DNA of 47,754 nt, taken from Candidatus Latescibacterota bacterium. GTDB lineage: Bacteria; Hydrothermota; Tepidihabitantia; Tepidihabitantales; CAIPLT01. Below are positions 27,220 through 37,017 of the stretch, piece by piece. The translations under genes were made by a program, and so were the position numbers. The notes below the pieces were generated by a model. That model saw only the letters and a program-made list of their open reading frames with translations. It searched no databases and was not told where the DNA came from. The first letter of the stretch is position 1; every line of letters begins with the position of its first letter. The stretch is from the NCBI GenBank assembly GCA_018335915.1, contig JAGXRL010000158.1, positions 1-47,754 on the forward strand, written 5' to 3'.

Positions 27220-28547
27220 TAAAAGTCAAAAGTCAAAAGCCAAAAGCCAAAAGCATCGGAATTTTAATGCTGGTTTTAGTAGGAGCGGTATTTGCGAATA
27301 CGCAATATCCGGGTTTGATGCCAGAAGTTATAGTTGCTGCGCCGCGCATTGATAATGAGTCAAACGGGATGATGCCAGTCGTAGAAGTTACAGCAATTCG
27401 TCCAGAACTCCAAAATATGGGAATCGCAATGACAACCGAAAATCCGCGCGTGTATGACAATGTCGTTTATAACGAACCAACCGCATATACGCAGTTTAAA
27501 CAACAGCTTTTCGAAATGGTCAATGAACAAAATTTGCCTGACCCGGGTTTTAGTTTTGCTAAAGCAAAAGTCAGCACTTTAATCATTGACGAGGGCGATA
27601 CTTTAAAAAATGACCTTGAGTTTTCTGGCAAGTCAGGACAAATCAGCGGCGTTTTAAAAGGAGATTTAGCGATTATTGGCGGCGACCTTGATATTACCCA
27701 AACCGGTAAGGTTGATGGCGATATTGCAGTCATGGGAGGCAGTATCTCAAATCACGGTACGATTGAAAAAGACATGGCTGTGTTTGGCGGGTCTTTTTAT
27801 AATAACGGAATTTTGAAAGGAGATATTTTTGTTGCCGGCGGCAGTGTCAAACTCGATTCCGGCTCGGTTATCGCCGGTGATATTGCAATCGTTGGCGGTT
27901 CTTTGGAAAAAGACACGCATGCGATTATTAAAGGAGAAATAAAATCAGTAGAAATAAACATATTGGGCAAGACAATCCCCAAACTGGCAACCGCACTTAA
28001 AATGTCCCGCACCTTTCCCAGGGCATTAACCATGACCGGCAGTGCCGTGGCAACCCTGCTGTTTTTTGGCGGTCTTTTTGTGATTATGCTTTTAGTTCTG
28101 CTTATCTTTCCAAAGGCACCGGTTAAAGTTACTGAGACCATTAATAAAAATGTCTGGATTCCAATTGCAATCGGTTTTGGTATGCAGTTATTAATTATCC
28201 CGCTCATTGTACTTTTAGCTGTTTCAATAGTTGGTATACCAGTGATTCCGATATTTATGCTCGGTTTGTTTGCTTGTTTAATTGTCGGTTTAACTTCAGT
28301 GTTTTACTTGATTGGGATGCGCGTACAGCGTACAGATGAAAGCAAAGGCAGTATGATTGCCAAATTTGCAATCGGATTTATAATCATTATGGCGATTCCT
28401 TTATTAGGCGCGATTATACGAATTTTTAGTCCAATCGGCGGATTATTCTCTGCGCTCGGCGCGGTCATAATCTATGTTGTTGCCACGATTGGTTTGGGCG
28501 CAGCGTTTTACACGCTAGTGAAATATCGAAAAGTAAAAATAACATAA
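27207..28547 (+). CDS. Membrane protein with bactofilin-like/polymer-forming beta-helix repeats and C-terminal TM bundle
   Basis: Repeated G-D-(IL)-A-(VI)-x-GG units, then about 5 hydrophobic helices. Confidence 0.8.
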   Translation: MEHIIKVKSQKPKAKSIGILMLVLVGAVFANTQYPGLMPEVIVAAPRIDNESNGMMPVVEVTAIRPELQNMGIAMTTENPRVYDNVVYNEPTAYTQFKQQLFEMVNEQNLPDPGFSFAKAKVSTLIIDEGDTLKNDLEFSGKSGQISGVLKGDLAIIGGDLDITQTGKVDGDIAVMGGSISNHGTIEKDMAVFGGSFYNNGILKGDIFVAGGSVKLDSGSVIAGDIAIVGGSLEKDTHAIIKGEIKSVEINILGKTIPKLATALKMSRTFPRALTMTGSAVATLLFFGGLFVIMLLVLLIFPKAPVKVTETINKNVWIPIAIGFGMQLLIIPLIVLLAVSIVGIPVIPIFMLGLFACLIVGLTSVFYLIGMRVQRTDESKGSMIAKFAIGFIIIMAIPLLGAIIRIFSPIGGLFSALGAVIIYVVATIGLGAAFYTLVKYRKVKIT

Positions 28548-28661
28548 CCATACAGCAAAAACATAACGGGTAGTTAAACTGGGATTTAGCTGCCCGTTTT
28601 CTTGTTGATTTTTTGGTAATATTTCCATAATATATGTAAATGTTGATTACGGAGGAAAACT

Positions 28662-29132
28662 ATGAAAGATATTGTTAAACTGTTATTAAGTATTGTCATT
28701 TGCCAAGCCGCGGGTATTATCGGTTCGTTTTTTACCACGCCTAATATTCCAACCTGGTACAAAGCATTAAACAAACCGAGTTTTGCACCGCCGAACTGGG
28801 TTTTTGCTCCGGTCTGGACACTTCTGTTTCTGTTAATGGGCATTGCTTTGTATCTGGTCTGGAAACAGGGATGGAACGCGCCGGGCGTGCGTATGGCAAT
28901 GATAATATTCTTTATTCATCTGGTCGTAAATATTTTATGGTCAGCCGTGTTTTTCGGTCTACGCGCACCCCTGGCAGGATTCTTTGTCATCGTGGCACTC
29001 TGGTTTCTGATTATTCTTACGATTATCTATTTTAGCAATATATCAAAGCCCGCGGGTATTTTGCTTATTCCTTATATTGTTTGGGTCAGCTTTGCGTCGG
29101 TGCTTAATTTTATGTTATATAAATTAAACTAA
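28662..29132 (+). CDS. tspO: TspO/MBR family protein
   Basis: WYKALNKPSFAPPNWVFAPVWTLL, LLIPYIVWVSFASVLN. Confidence 0.95.
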   Translation: MKDIVKLLLSIVICQAAGIIGSFFTTPNIPTWYKALNKPSFAPPNWVFAPVWTLLFLLMGIALYLVWKQGWNAPGVRMAMIIFFIHLVVNILWSAVFFGLRAPLAGFFVIVALWFLIILTIIYFSNISKPAGILLIPYIVWVSFASVLNFMLYKLN

Positions 29133-29134
29133 TT

Positions 29135-29599
29135 GTGTTTGAAATAATCGAAGCACAAAGCGAACCCGAGCTTATTGAAATTCGAAAGTTATTTAAAGAG
29201 TACGCAGACTGGCTTGGATTTGACTTGTCGTTTCAGAATTTTGACAAAGAATTTGCCGAACTGCCAGGCAAATATGCCCCGCCTGACGGATGCCTACTTT
29301 TGGCATTTGAAAACTCTATTGCGGTTGGGTGTGTCGGTATAAGAAAATTCGAAACCGATATCTGTGAAATGAAACGGCTATATGTCCAACCTGCTTACCG
29401 AGGTAAAGATTATGGCAGAGAATTGGCACAACAAGTTATTGACCAGGCGCGTAAAATCAGGTATAAATATATGCGATTGGATACAGTGCCATGGATGAAC
29501 CAAGCAATCGGGCTTTATCGGGCATTGGGATTTTATGAAATACCAGCATACCGTCACAATCCAATAAAAGGCGCATTATATTTTGAATTGAAGTTATGA
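29135..29599 (+). CDS. GNAT N-acetyltransferase
   Basis: CEMKRLYVQPAYRGKDYG, MRLDT, LYRALGF. Confidence 0.92.
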   Translation: MFEIIEAQSEPELIEIRKLFKEYADWLGFDLSFQNFDKEFAELPGKYAPPDGCLLLAFENSIAVGCVGIRKFETDICEMKRLYVQPAYRGKDYGRELAQQVIDQARKIRYKYMRLDTVPWMNQAIGLYRALGFYEIPAYRHNPIKGALYFELKL

Positions 29600-29616
29600 A
29601 TAATAAGGAGTAAATT

Positions 29617-30168
29617 ATGGCAGAAGAAACAATACCAATCCATTATGTCTGTACGCACCAAGAAGCAAAAGAATTAATCGAAAAGTATAATAAATTCTGG
29701 GTTTCGAACTGCGGTTGTCGGGAAGGCAACGAAAAAGGATGTCAGCGGTCGCGAATTGATGTCTGTTTAATGTTTGATGAAGGTGAAGGGAGCAGCGGTT
29801 CAGATAAAAAAGAAGTTGATCTGGCTTTTGTGGGTGCTATTATGCAAGAGGCAAAGACTAAAAGTCTGGTGACCCGTCCATTTCGCAACGAAGCAAGAAC
29901 TGATACGGCAGGAATTTGTTTTTGCTGCGATGATTGCTGCGGTTATTTTGTCTCGCCCGGCAAATACGACTGCAACAAAGGAAAACTTATCGAACAGACC
30001 AATATGAAAGAATGCACGCATTGCGGGGCTTGTATTGAAGTCTGTTATTTTAAGGCGCGGTTAATGGTTGATGATAAACTTCAAATTAATCGCGAAAATT
30101 GTTATGGCTGCGGACTATGCGTAGGTTCCTGCCCGGTTGAGTGTATTGAAATGGAGAAAAAACAATGA
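29617..30168 (+). CDS. 4Fe-4S dicluster-domain protein with extra Cys motifs
   Basis: CTHCGACIEVC and CYGCGLCVGSCP; additional CGCR and ICFCCDDCC. Confidence 0.9.
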   Translation: MAEETIPIHYVCTHQEAKELIEKYNKFWVSNCGCREGNEKGCQRSRIDVCLMFDEGEGSSGSDKKEVDLAFVGAIMQEAKTKSLVTRPFRNEARTDTAGICFCCDDCCGYFVSPGKYDCNKGKLIEQTNMKECTHCGACIEVCYFKARLMVDDKLQINRENCYGCGLCVGSCPVECIEMEKKQ

Positions 30169-30806
30169 AACTAAGAAAAAGCGAAGTAATCGTTTTGATT
30201 ATTATTTTATTAAGTTTAGCGATTAGCATATATTTTAATCCCAAATTACCAGACAAGATTGTTGCGCACTGGGATTATAAAGGCGAAGCCGACGGGTATA
30301 TGGCAAAATCCCGAGGCATATTTTTAATGCCGGCATTTTTATTTGTGCTCTTTCTGGTCTTTCTTTTCGTACCGCGGCTCGACCCGCTCAAGGCAAATGT
30401 GGAAAAGTTCCGTAAATACTTTGATGGATTTATAATACTCTTGTTTATGTTTATGCTCGTAATTCACCTGCAGACGATTTTGTGGGCTTTGGGCACAAAG
30501 ATAAAACCGAATGTCCTGTTTCCAGTTGGTCTGGGTGTTTTATTTTATTATGTCGGGATTATGCTTAACCATTCGCAGCGCAACTGGTTTATCGGATTGC
30601 GTACGCCGTGGACTTTAAGCAGTGATTCGGTCTGGGAAAAGACCCATAAATTCGGTGCCAAGCTTATAAAAATATCTGCGGTTATTGCGATGAGTGGTGC
30701 GTTGTTTCAGAATTTTGCGATGTTTATTGTACTGGCACCGATTATCGGCTCATTTATTTATCTGACGGTATATTCATATATAGAATATAAAAAAGAGAAC
30801 AAATAA
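30165..30806 (+). CDS. DUF1648/SdpI-family membrane protein
   Basis: LPDKIVAHW..GEADG; NWFIGLRTPWTL; VWEKTH. Confidence 0.9.
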   Translation: MKLRKSEVIVLIIILLSLAISIYFNPKLPDKIVAHWDYKGEADGYMAKSRGIFLMPAFLFVLFLVFLFVPRLDPLKANVEKFRKYFDGFIILLFMFMLVIHLQTILWALGTKIKPNVLFPVGLGVLFYYVGIMLNHSQRNWFIGLRTPWTLSSDSVWEKTHKFGAKLIKISAVIAMSGALFQNFAMFIVLAPIIGSFIYLTVYSYIEYKKENK

Positions 30807-30831
30807 TTTAATATTTGTAATAGAAATAATT

Positions 30832-30999
30832 ACCACGCGTTCGAAGAACCCATGAAGTGCAAGCACGAAAACTCGAAACTGCGAGACCACAGAGACACTG
30901 AGAAAACACAGAGAAGAATTAATAAAGATCTCTGTGTCCTCTGTGTTCTCCGTGACTCTGTGGTGTATTTTTCTTTCGTGACCTTCGTGTCTTCGTGGT
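30832..30999. repeat. Nested 9-bp-period hairpins (CACGAA type enclosing CACAGAG type)
   Basis: Outer ACCACG.../...TTCGTGTCTTCGTGGT; inner ACCACAGAGACACTGAGAAAACACAGAG / CTCTGTGTCCTCTGTGTTCTCCGTGACTCTGTGGT (30886-30964). Confidence 0.75.
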
Positions 31000-31008
31000 C
31001 AAAAGTGA

Positions 31009-31335
31009 AATTAAGAAAAACAATTTTTTACATAAACCCGAACCCGGCCCCGCTTTTCTCTTCTGCCTATTTTCCGTCGCCATGCCCGTGTTTCTATCCG
31101 CAATCCAATCATGGCCACTCTGATAAATTTTGTGCGCGCATCACGCCGCTACTTGTCGAGCAGCTCAGCTAACCATCTTTTGCAGCGTCGTGGTCAACGC
31201 ATAACCCTTAATTCTTTAACACTTAAACCTTATCTTCGGTCTCAATGGAGGGGGCGGCTCCCCTAAGTTGATAGTTTTTGCTGTTAGTTATTGGCTATTA
31301 ATTGATTGTCTGAGATTTACGCTCAAAAACAGGTT
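31009..31335 (+). repeat. Composite non-coding element, copy B
   Basis: AATTA..CAATTTTT, CCG-phased hexamer tract, then AGTTTTTGCTGTTAGTTATTGGCTATTAATTGATT. Confidence 0.55.
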
Positions 31336-31393
31336 GTTATATATAGCAACTTTTATTCTACCTGGAGGTAGAATTTTATGAGTGATAACTCGA

Positions 31394-33844
31394 TTATCTC
31401 TTTATAACTTTTGCCCGTCCCAATCTCTGATTATCTGATTCTAACCTTATATAATATATGCCGGATTTTAGATTTCTGATTTGCCGGTCGTTTAATATTA
31501 AAGTAGCGCCACCCGGCAAAGTTTTCTGGTAAAGATTAGCACCAAGCGTGTTATAAATAGAGATTTTTATATCGCCGCTTGAGAAATCTGATAATCTGAG
31601 TACGATGCGGTCAGTAAAAAATGTATTGCATCTAACCGACAAATTTTTTCTTGGTTGTGTCGGGGCTTCAGTAATTCCGGTTGATGCACTGGCAAACTTT
31701 AAGACATACGCATCATAACTGCCCGCATTTGTTCCCTGATAATAAGCGCCTCCGCCTGGATTATAAACCGGGAAACCAGAGGACAGAGTAAATCCTGATA
31801 AGAATATGTTGCCCGTTGCATCGGTTGCCAGAGACATGCCATAATCAGTACTGGCGCCGCCATAATAGGTTGCCCATTGTCTTGCGCCGGTGTTATTAAA
31901 TCCTAAGATAAAAACATCATGACCGCCGCCAAGGGCTGCTTGATAATACGCATTATTGCCCGGGTCATAGGTCGGGAAATTCGCGGACAGGGTATTTCCC
32001 GAAACATAAACCATTCCTGAGGGATGGGTCGTAATCGTGCGGGCAATATCGCCGGTTGTGCCGCCATAATAAGTCGACCAAATCCTGATGCCTGAATTGT
32101 CGAATTTTAAGATAAACGCATCATCGCTACCAGCAATAGTTCCTTGAAAATAAGCACCGCCACCCGCATCCAGAACCGGGAAATTGGTTGATGAGGTATT
32201 GCCTGTAATAAATATATTGCCTAATGAGTCGGCTGTAATTGCCCGTCCATAATCATTCGTGCTTCCGCCATAATATGTTGCCCAGGTTCTGACGCCATTA
32301 TTATTGAATTTCAAGATAAAGACTGTGCGATAGCCAAGAATTGAAGATTGAAAATAAGCCCCGCCACCCGCATCCAGAATCGGGAAATTAGTTGAACGGC
32401 ACATGCCGGTGATAAAGACATTACCAGCCGTATCAGCCGCAATTCCATATCCATTATCATCGTCAGACCCGCCATAATAAGTCGCCCACAACCTTACCCC
32501 GGCGTTAGAGAATTTTAAAATAAACGCATCAAAAGAGCCGGCATTAGTGGGCTGAAAATAGGCGCCACTGCCCGCATCATAGGTTGGAAGATTGCTTGAA
32601 AAGGTATTGCCAGTTATAAAGATATTTCCTGACGGGTCGGTTGCAATCGCATAGCCGACATCACTTTGATATCCGCCATAATAGGTTGCCCATTGTCGTA
32701 AGCCGGTGTTGCTAAATTTTAAGACAAAAACATCACCGCTGCCACCCGACGAAGATTGAAAATAAGCACCGCCACCTGGATTATAGGTTGGAAAAGTGGT
32801 TGAAGAAAAAGTCACGCCAGTAACGAACAGGTTTTCTGAAGAGTCAGTGGCAAGGGCAATGCCAATATCATCAGAAATTCCGCCATAATAGGTTGCCCAT
32901 TCTCGTTGCCCATTGTTATTGAATTTTACAATGAACGCATCAAATGCACTGGCAACAGTTCCTTGAAAATAGGCGCCCGCACCAGGATTTAGGGTCGGGA
33001 AATTAGTCGAACCGGTAAATCCAGTTATATAGATATTACCTGAATTATCAGCGGTTATTGCACCCATTTCACGAGAACCATCACAATTATCCTGACCACT
33101 GCCGCCATAATAGGTTGCCCAGAGGCGTTCAAATGGTGGGTCAATAATTAAAGTTTTATTTTTGTCATAATTCTTTATGTCAAAAGTAATAAATCCCTGT
33201 TGGTCTTTGCTGTAAAAAGCAGATATCGGCGCGCCATCTTTTTGATAAACATAAAGCACGCCCTCATTAATTTTCCCAATTGGTGTTGTATAGACTAACT
33301 CTTTGCCATCTTTAATCTCGACATCAGCCCATTTTACATTTAGTTTTATATTACTGAGGTCGGCATGCGGTTTAACCTCGAATTCACTATGCACTCGGTC
33401 ATCAAATCGCCATATCCAATTAATACCAGGATAGATATCGTTTATTTTGACATGGCGGTAAGATTTGACATACATAATGCCGTCAGGACAATGGGACAGG
33501 AAATAATTGGTGTGGCCAGGAATTTCATCGTGCATCTCGACCTTACCTTTTTCAATCCTACTGCCGACCGCCTCGATGTCAAAACGGGCATATCTCATTT
33601 GGTCGTGCTCGCGCTGGTAAAGGACAAAGCTGGCACCGTGTTCAGTCAGGTATATGTTATGACCAGGCAGGTTAATTTTGAATAATAGCGACCAAACCGG
33701 ATTGTTATCGCCGTCAACCATCTGCCCCCGGTTTTCTTCAAACCCGTTTTGATTGTTTATCCAGGATTGGGTAATATGATTTGTTACAGTTTCGGCAAAA
33801 ATCATACCGGTAATTATAAATATTGCGATAATAATTTTTTTCAT
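31394..33844 (-). CDS. Secreted SBBP-repeat (beta-propeller) protein with C-terminal sorting-like domain
   Basis: Signal peptide, FEENRGQ N-domain, eight W(A/S)TYYGG repeats about 64 aa apart, C-terminal IYNTLG..SGIYYI. Confidence 0.88.
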   Translation of the reverse strand: MKKIIIAIFIITGMIFAETVTNHITQSWINNQNGFEENRGQMVDGDNNPVWSLLFKINLPGHNIYLTEHGASFVLYQREHDQMRYARFDIEAVGSRIEKGKVEMHDEIPGHTNYFLSHCPDGIMYVKSYRHVKINDIYPGINWIWRFDDRVHSEFEVKPHADLSNIKLNVKWADVEIKDGKELVYTTPIGKINEGVLYVYQKDGAPISAFYSKDQQGFITFDIKNYDKNKTLIIDPPFERLWATYYGGSGQDNCDGSREMGAITADNSGNIYITGFTGSTNFPTLNPGAGAYFQGTVASAFDAFIVKFNNNGQREWATYYGGISDDIGIALATDSSENLFVTGVTFSSTTFPTYNPGGGAYFQSSSGGSGDVFVLKFSNTGLRQWATYYGGYQSDVGYAIATDPSGNIFITGNTFSSNLPTYDAGSGAYFQPTNAGSFDAFILKFSNAGVRLWATYYGGSDDDNGYGIAADTAGNVFITGMCRSTNFPILDAGGGAYFQSSILGYRTVFILKFNNNGVRTWATYYGGSTNDYGRAITADSLGNIFITGNTSSTNFPVLDAGGGAYFQGTIAGSDDAFILKFDNSGIRIWSTYYGGTTGDIARTITTHPSGMVYVSGNTLSANFPTYDPGNNAYYQAALGGGHDVFILGFNNTGARQWATYYGGASTDYGMSLATDATGNIFLSGFTLSSGFPVYNPGGGAYYQGTNAGSYDAYVLKFASASTGITEAPTQPRKNLSVRCNTFFTDRIVLRLSDFSSGDIKISIYNTLGANLYQKTLPGGATLILNDRQIRNLKSGIYYIRLESDNQRLGRAKVIKR

Positions 33845-33963
33845 AACTCCCTCCGTTTTTATTTATCCGATATGCGCATTTTTTATAAAATTTTTATAAC
33901 GCTATTTGCTATATTAGACCCAAAAACTTTTGATTTGTCAAGAATAAAAGGTTGGGGATACGA

Positions 33964-34584
33964 TTAGTATAATCCCTTTTTGCTGTTTTGAGGCGCGATA
34001 TCGTGTTCGACAAGGCTAAATAATTTACTGTGCTTTTCTAAGACAGAATAATGGCACCGGTTAATCCGACCGCTATGAAAACTTGGTCCGCGATTATCAC
34101 AGAAAAGCCAGATAAACGCCATAAAAAATAGACCATGACCAACAAGTAGAATTTTTTCATCAGTATTATCGATTATTTTCAGAAAATCAACAACCCTATT
34201 CTTGACATCATTCAAGCTCTCGCCTTGCTCAAAACCAACTTGGTTCTGCCCATTGTTCCACTTACTGATTACATTATCATAAATCATTTGCCTGTTTTGT
34301 TCTTCAATACACTTGCCGTCAAGCACACCGACATCAATCTCCCGCAATTGTTCAACCACAACCGGTTTGAGATTGCAGGCATCACCGATAATCTGAGCAG
34401 TTTGTTGCGCCCGGATTAACGGGCTGGTGTAGATTTTATTTAATCCAAGCTTTGACATTGGTTGTGATATTTGTTTAACCTGTTCGACCCCAAAATCGGT
34501 GAGAGGTAAATCCAATTTTCGGGATGCAAAGGTATGTGTGATATTGGCAACGCTTTCACCGTGCCTGAGTAGATATAAAATCAT
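33964..34584 (-). CDS. Histidine phosphatase family protein; start at 34584
   Basis: LYLLRHGES, TSPLIRAQQTA, LREID, GES, LVGHG. Confidence 0.9.
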   Translation of the reverse strand: MILYLLRHGESVANITHTFASRKLDLPLTDFGVEQVKQISQPMSKLGLNKIYTSPLIRAQQTAQIIGDACNLKPVVVEQLREIDVGVLDGKCIEEQNRQMIYDNVISKWNNGQNQVGFEQGESLNDVKNRVVDFLKIIDNTDEKILLVGHGLFFMAFIWLFCDNRGPSFHSGRINRCHYSVLEKHSKLFSLVEHDIAPQNSKKGLY

Positions 34585-34668
34585 ATATTCGTTGTTGTCA
34601 TTGCGCAGTCTGTTTCTGATTCCGGTAATCCCCGGCACCTTCTGATTTGTATAAGATTTTTTCGGTTC

Positions 34669-34995
34669 TTATGATAAACCTTGTTTTATTTTTGGTTTCC
34701 ATAAAAATTGCCTAAAGTTAATTTTATCCTTGTCATCAAAAGCCACGTCTTCTTTGAGCAGTAATTTTTTCTGTTCCTTATATCCTTCGCCGGTTAAACC
34801 GATTTTCCCCTGACTATTAATTACCCGGTGCCAGGGAAGTTTGTGTAATCCGGATTGTGCGCTTAATATCCAGACCACCTGTCTTGCCGCAAATCGATTG
34901 CCAGCCAAATCCGCAATCTGGCCATAGGTCGCAACCTTTCCTCTGGGGATATTTTTGATAAAATTTATAACTTTTTGAGTAAATGATTCGATCGT
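34669..34995 (-). CDS. Alkyltransferase-like protein (ATL/YbaZ, MGMT family); no canonical start codon
   Basis: Frame extends upstream of the listed TTG: FTQKVINFIKNIPRGKVATYGQIA..ARQV..LPWHRVIN. Confidence 0.8.
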   Translation of the reverse strand, partial: TIESFTQKVINFIKNIPRGKVATYGQIADLAGNRFAARQVVWILSAQSGLHKLPWHRVINSQGKIGLTGEGYKEQKKLLLKEDVAFDDKDKINFRQFLWKPKIKQGLS

Positions 34996-35001
34996 TAAAT
35001 C

Positions 35002-35367
35002 CTATTTTGCGTTCGGGTCGTCCTGCATTATTCCAAATGCGTTACCATCCGGACTTTGAAAAGCGGCATACCAACCAACACCTGGAATCGGACCTTTGGG
35101 TTGAGTTATTTTTCCGCCATGGGCTTCAATCATTTTTATCGTATCATCCAATGATTCGACATCAATAGTATTAACCACCGCAGTTGATGGTTCACCCTTG
35201 GAAAGTCCACCATTAATTCCTGGTTTATTATCTGGGCCGGTTGTTATCAGCCAGTATTCAAACGGCCCGCCCCAGTTATTAAATTTCCAATCAAAGACTT
35301 TGGTAAAAAACTCCATTGTCTTTTCTGGTTCTTTTGAAGATATATCAAAATGCGCGATTCTTGGCAT
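35002..35367 (-). CDS. VOC (glyoxalase/bleomycin resistance) family protein
   Basis: IAHFDI, FFTKVFDW, GINGG, GGKITQPK, IPGVG, DGNAFGI. Confidence 0.92.
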   Translation of the reverse strand: MPRIAHFDISSKEPEKTMEFFTKVFDWKFNNWGGPFEYWLITTGPDNKPGINGGLSKGEPSTAVVNTIDVESLDDTIKMIEAHGGKITQPKGPIPGVGWYAAFQSPDGNAFGIMQDDPNAK

Positions 35368-35429
35368 TGTTTATCCTTTCTTTTATTATGAATTATGATA
35401 AGTAAATCAATAATAAAATCCATATTTAA

Positions 35430-36305
35430 CTATTTACTTTTAGGTATCTGATATTTCTTAAACCACTCAAATCCGAATTGCTCGAAAAGCTTAAGAAGCT
35501 TTTCATTCTGTTTCGGCATTTCATTGGCAACATAATGTAAGCCAAAATATCGCTGCGACCATGATATATAACCTTGCTTTTTAATTCTGGCAAGGCATTT
35601 CTGGGCAAATTTATCTCCGCCAATATCCTTGCAGACTTTTTCAATCATCTTAAGCCGTTCCCGGTTTATCTCAATTTTCATTCCTGGATATTTTTGGTTA
35701 AACGCACCAAGCAATTTCTTATCGCTCAATTCAATATATTTCTCATTATGAACCACGGTATCAATTCCAAGTTTATTACGCGAAACCAATTTGCTTTTCG
35801 GATAACCAAGACAAAGTAATACTACCGGCATTACACCATTTGGCAACCGAAACATTCGCTTAAGCATCGGGAAAAACTCCATAACCGTGCCAATATATAC
35901 TGAACCTAATCCAAATGAGTCTGCCGCAGTGCAAATACTTTGCGCGGTTATCATTGTATCCTGAAATGATATCCAGAAATGTCTGAAAGCACTAGTGGCA
36001 GCGAATGGTGCGGTTTCCAGCTTTGCCCATCTTTTCAGCCGGTGCCAGTCAATACAGAATAAAAGACTAACTGGTGCATCAGCAATAAAGCCCTGACCGG
36101 CAAGTTTGGCAATTTTTTTCCTATTTGTTAGCTTTGTTATCCTGATAATCGAATATGGTTGAAGATTACCGCCGGTTGCGGCATGAACTCCGGCGTTCAG
36201 AATATATGACATAACAACAGCTGGAATCTTCTTATTCTGAAAACTCCGGCAACTTGCCCGTTCTAATAATAATTTTACAGTTTGATTCGGATATTTAATT
36301 GTCAT
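35430..36305 (-). CDS. Nitroreductase family protein (NfsA-like)
   Basis: RASCRSF, AATGGNLQPYS, GLGSVYIG, LCLGYP. Confidence 0.9.
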   Translation of the reverse strand: MTIKYPNQTVKLLLERASCRSFQNKKIPAVVMSYILNAGVHAATGGNLQPYSIIRITKLTNRKKIAKLAGQGFIADAPVSLLFCIDWHRLKRWAKLETAPFAATSAFRHFWISFQDTMITAQSICTAADSFGLGSVYIGTVMEFFPMLKRMFRLPNGVMPVVLLCLGYPKSKLVSRNKLGIDTVVHNEKYIELSDKKLLGAFNQKYPGMKIEINRERLKMIEKVCKDIGGDKFAQKCLARIKKQGYISWSQRYFGLHYVANEMPKQNEKLLKLFEQFGFEWFKKYQIPKSK

Positions 36306-36306
36306 A

Positions 36307-37017
36307 TTAGGGCATAAGTTCCATAGTCATGCTTGCCTGAATATCGAAATATTTTACCATTCGTTTGGCATCTGCTTTTTCATACCAGACATCAATCATG
36401 CGACCGACAACCGTGATTGTATATTTATGACAGTCAAATTCTCCGGCCGGGCCGGTTATCTTCTCTTCGCCAAGCGACTTTATTTTAACCGGGACAGTTG
36501 TGCCGCTAAATCCAATCACAACATTTATCTCTTTTTCTTCATCCGGTTTTAATTCAAGCGCACGTAAGATTGTCGTTACCTGGTCATTATCATAGGTGTT
36601 GATATTAATCGGAACATCAATTGCTTTGTCACCCTGCGGTAGTTTTGCTTTAACAGATGCCTTGGTTTTACCATAGGCAATATCAGCATTTAAGGTCATG
36701 CCATTGGTCAAGATGGTTTTTGATGACGATATCGGTTTTAAGTTGTCCTGCCGTAAAACGATAACCGTTGAATCGCGCGAGACACTGCCGGCATGTGTGA
36801 TTTCAGTGATTGATTGTAATTCGATTATTGGCTCAGGTTCTTGAACTGGTTTGTAAATCAACCAATAAGAACCGGCAATGGCAGTATCAATTAATATCTG
36901 ATATTTGTTGGTTTCATCCCAGATGCTCGGCAATAACTTAAGAGCGGGCATTTCTTTTTTAGGACAACTGACCGCGGTTAGCAATATTGCTAATACAAGG
37001 ATTAAACTGCGTTTCAT
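36307..37017 (-). CDS. Lipoprotein, DUF3108-like
   Basis: Lipobox TAVSC; EKITGPAGEFDC motif. Confidence 0.65.
   Translation of the reverse strand: MKRSLILVLAILLTAVSCPKKEMPALKLLPSIWDETNKYQILIDTAIAGSYWLIYKPVQEPEPIIELQSITEITHAGSVSRDSTVIVLRQDNLKPISSSKTILTNGMTLNADIAYGKTKASVKAKLPQGDKAIDVPININTYDNDQVTTILRALELKPDEEKEINVVIGFSGTTVPVKIKSLGEEKITGPAGEFDCHKYTITVVGRMIDVWYEKADAKRMVKYFDIQASMTMELMP

Noticed and set aside
30852..31172. 106-aa ORF
   Set aside because: Composed wholly of hairpin and hexamer repeats; no RBS.
31700..33125. DGR template/variable repeat pair or CRISPR within near-identical CCGCCATAATAGGTTGCCCA repeats
   Set aside because: These are in-frame WATYYGG propeller repeats; no reverse transcriptase and no adenine-specific mismatch pattern seen.
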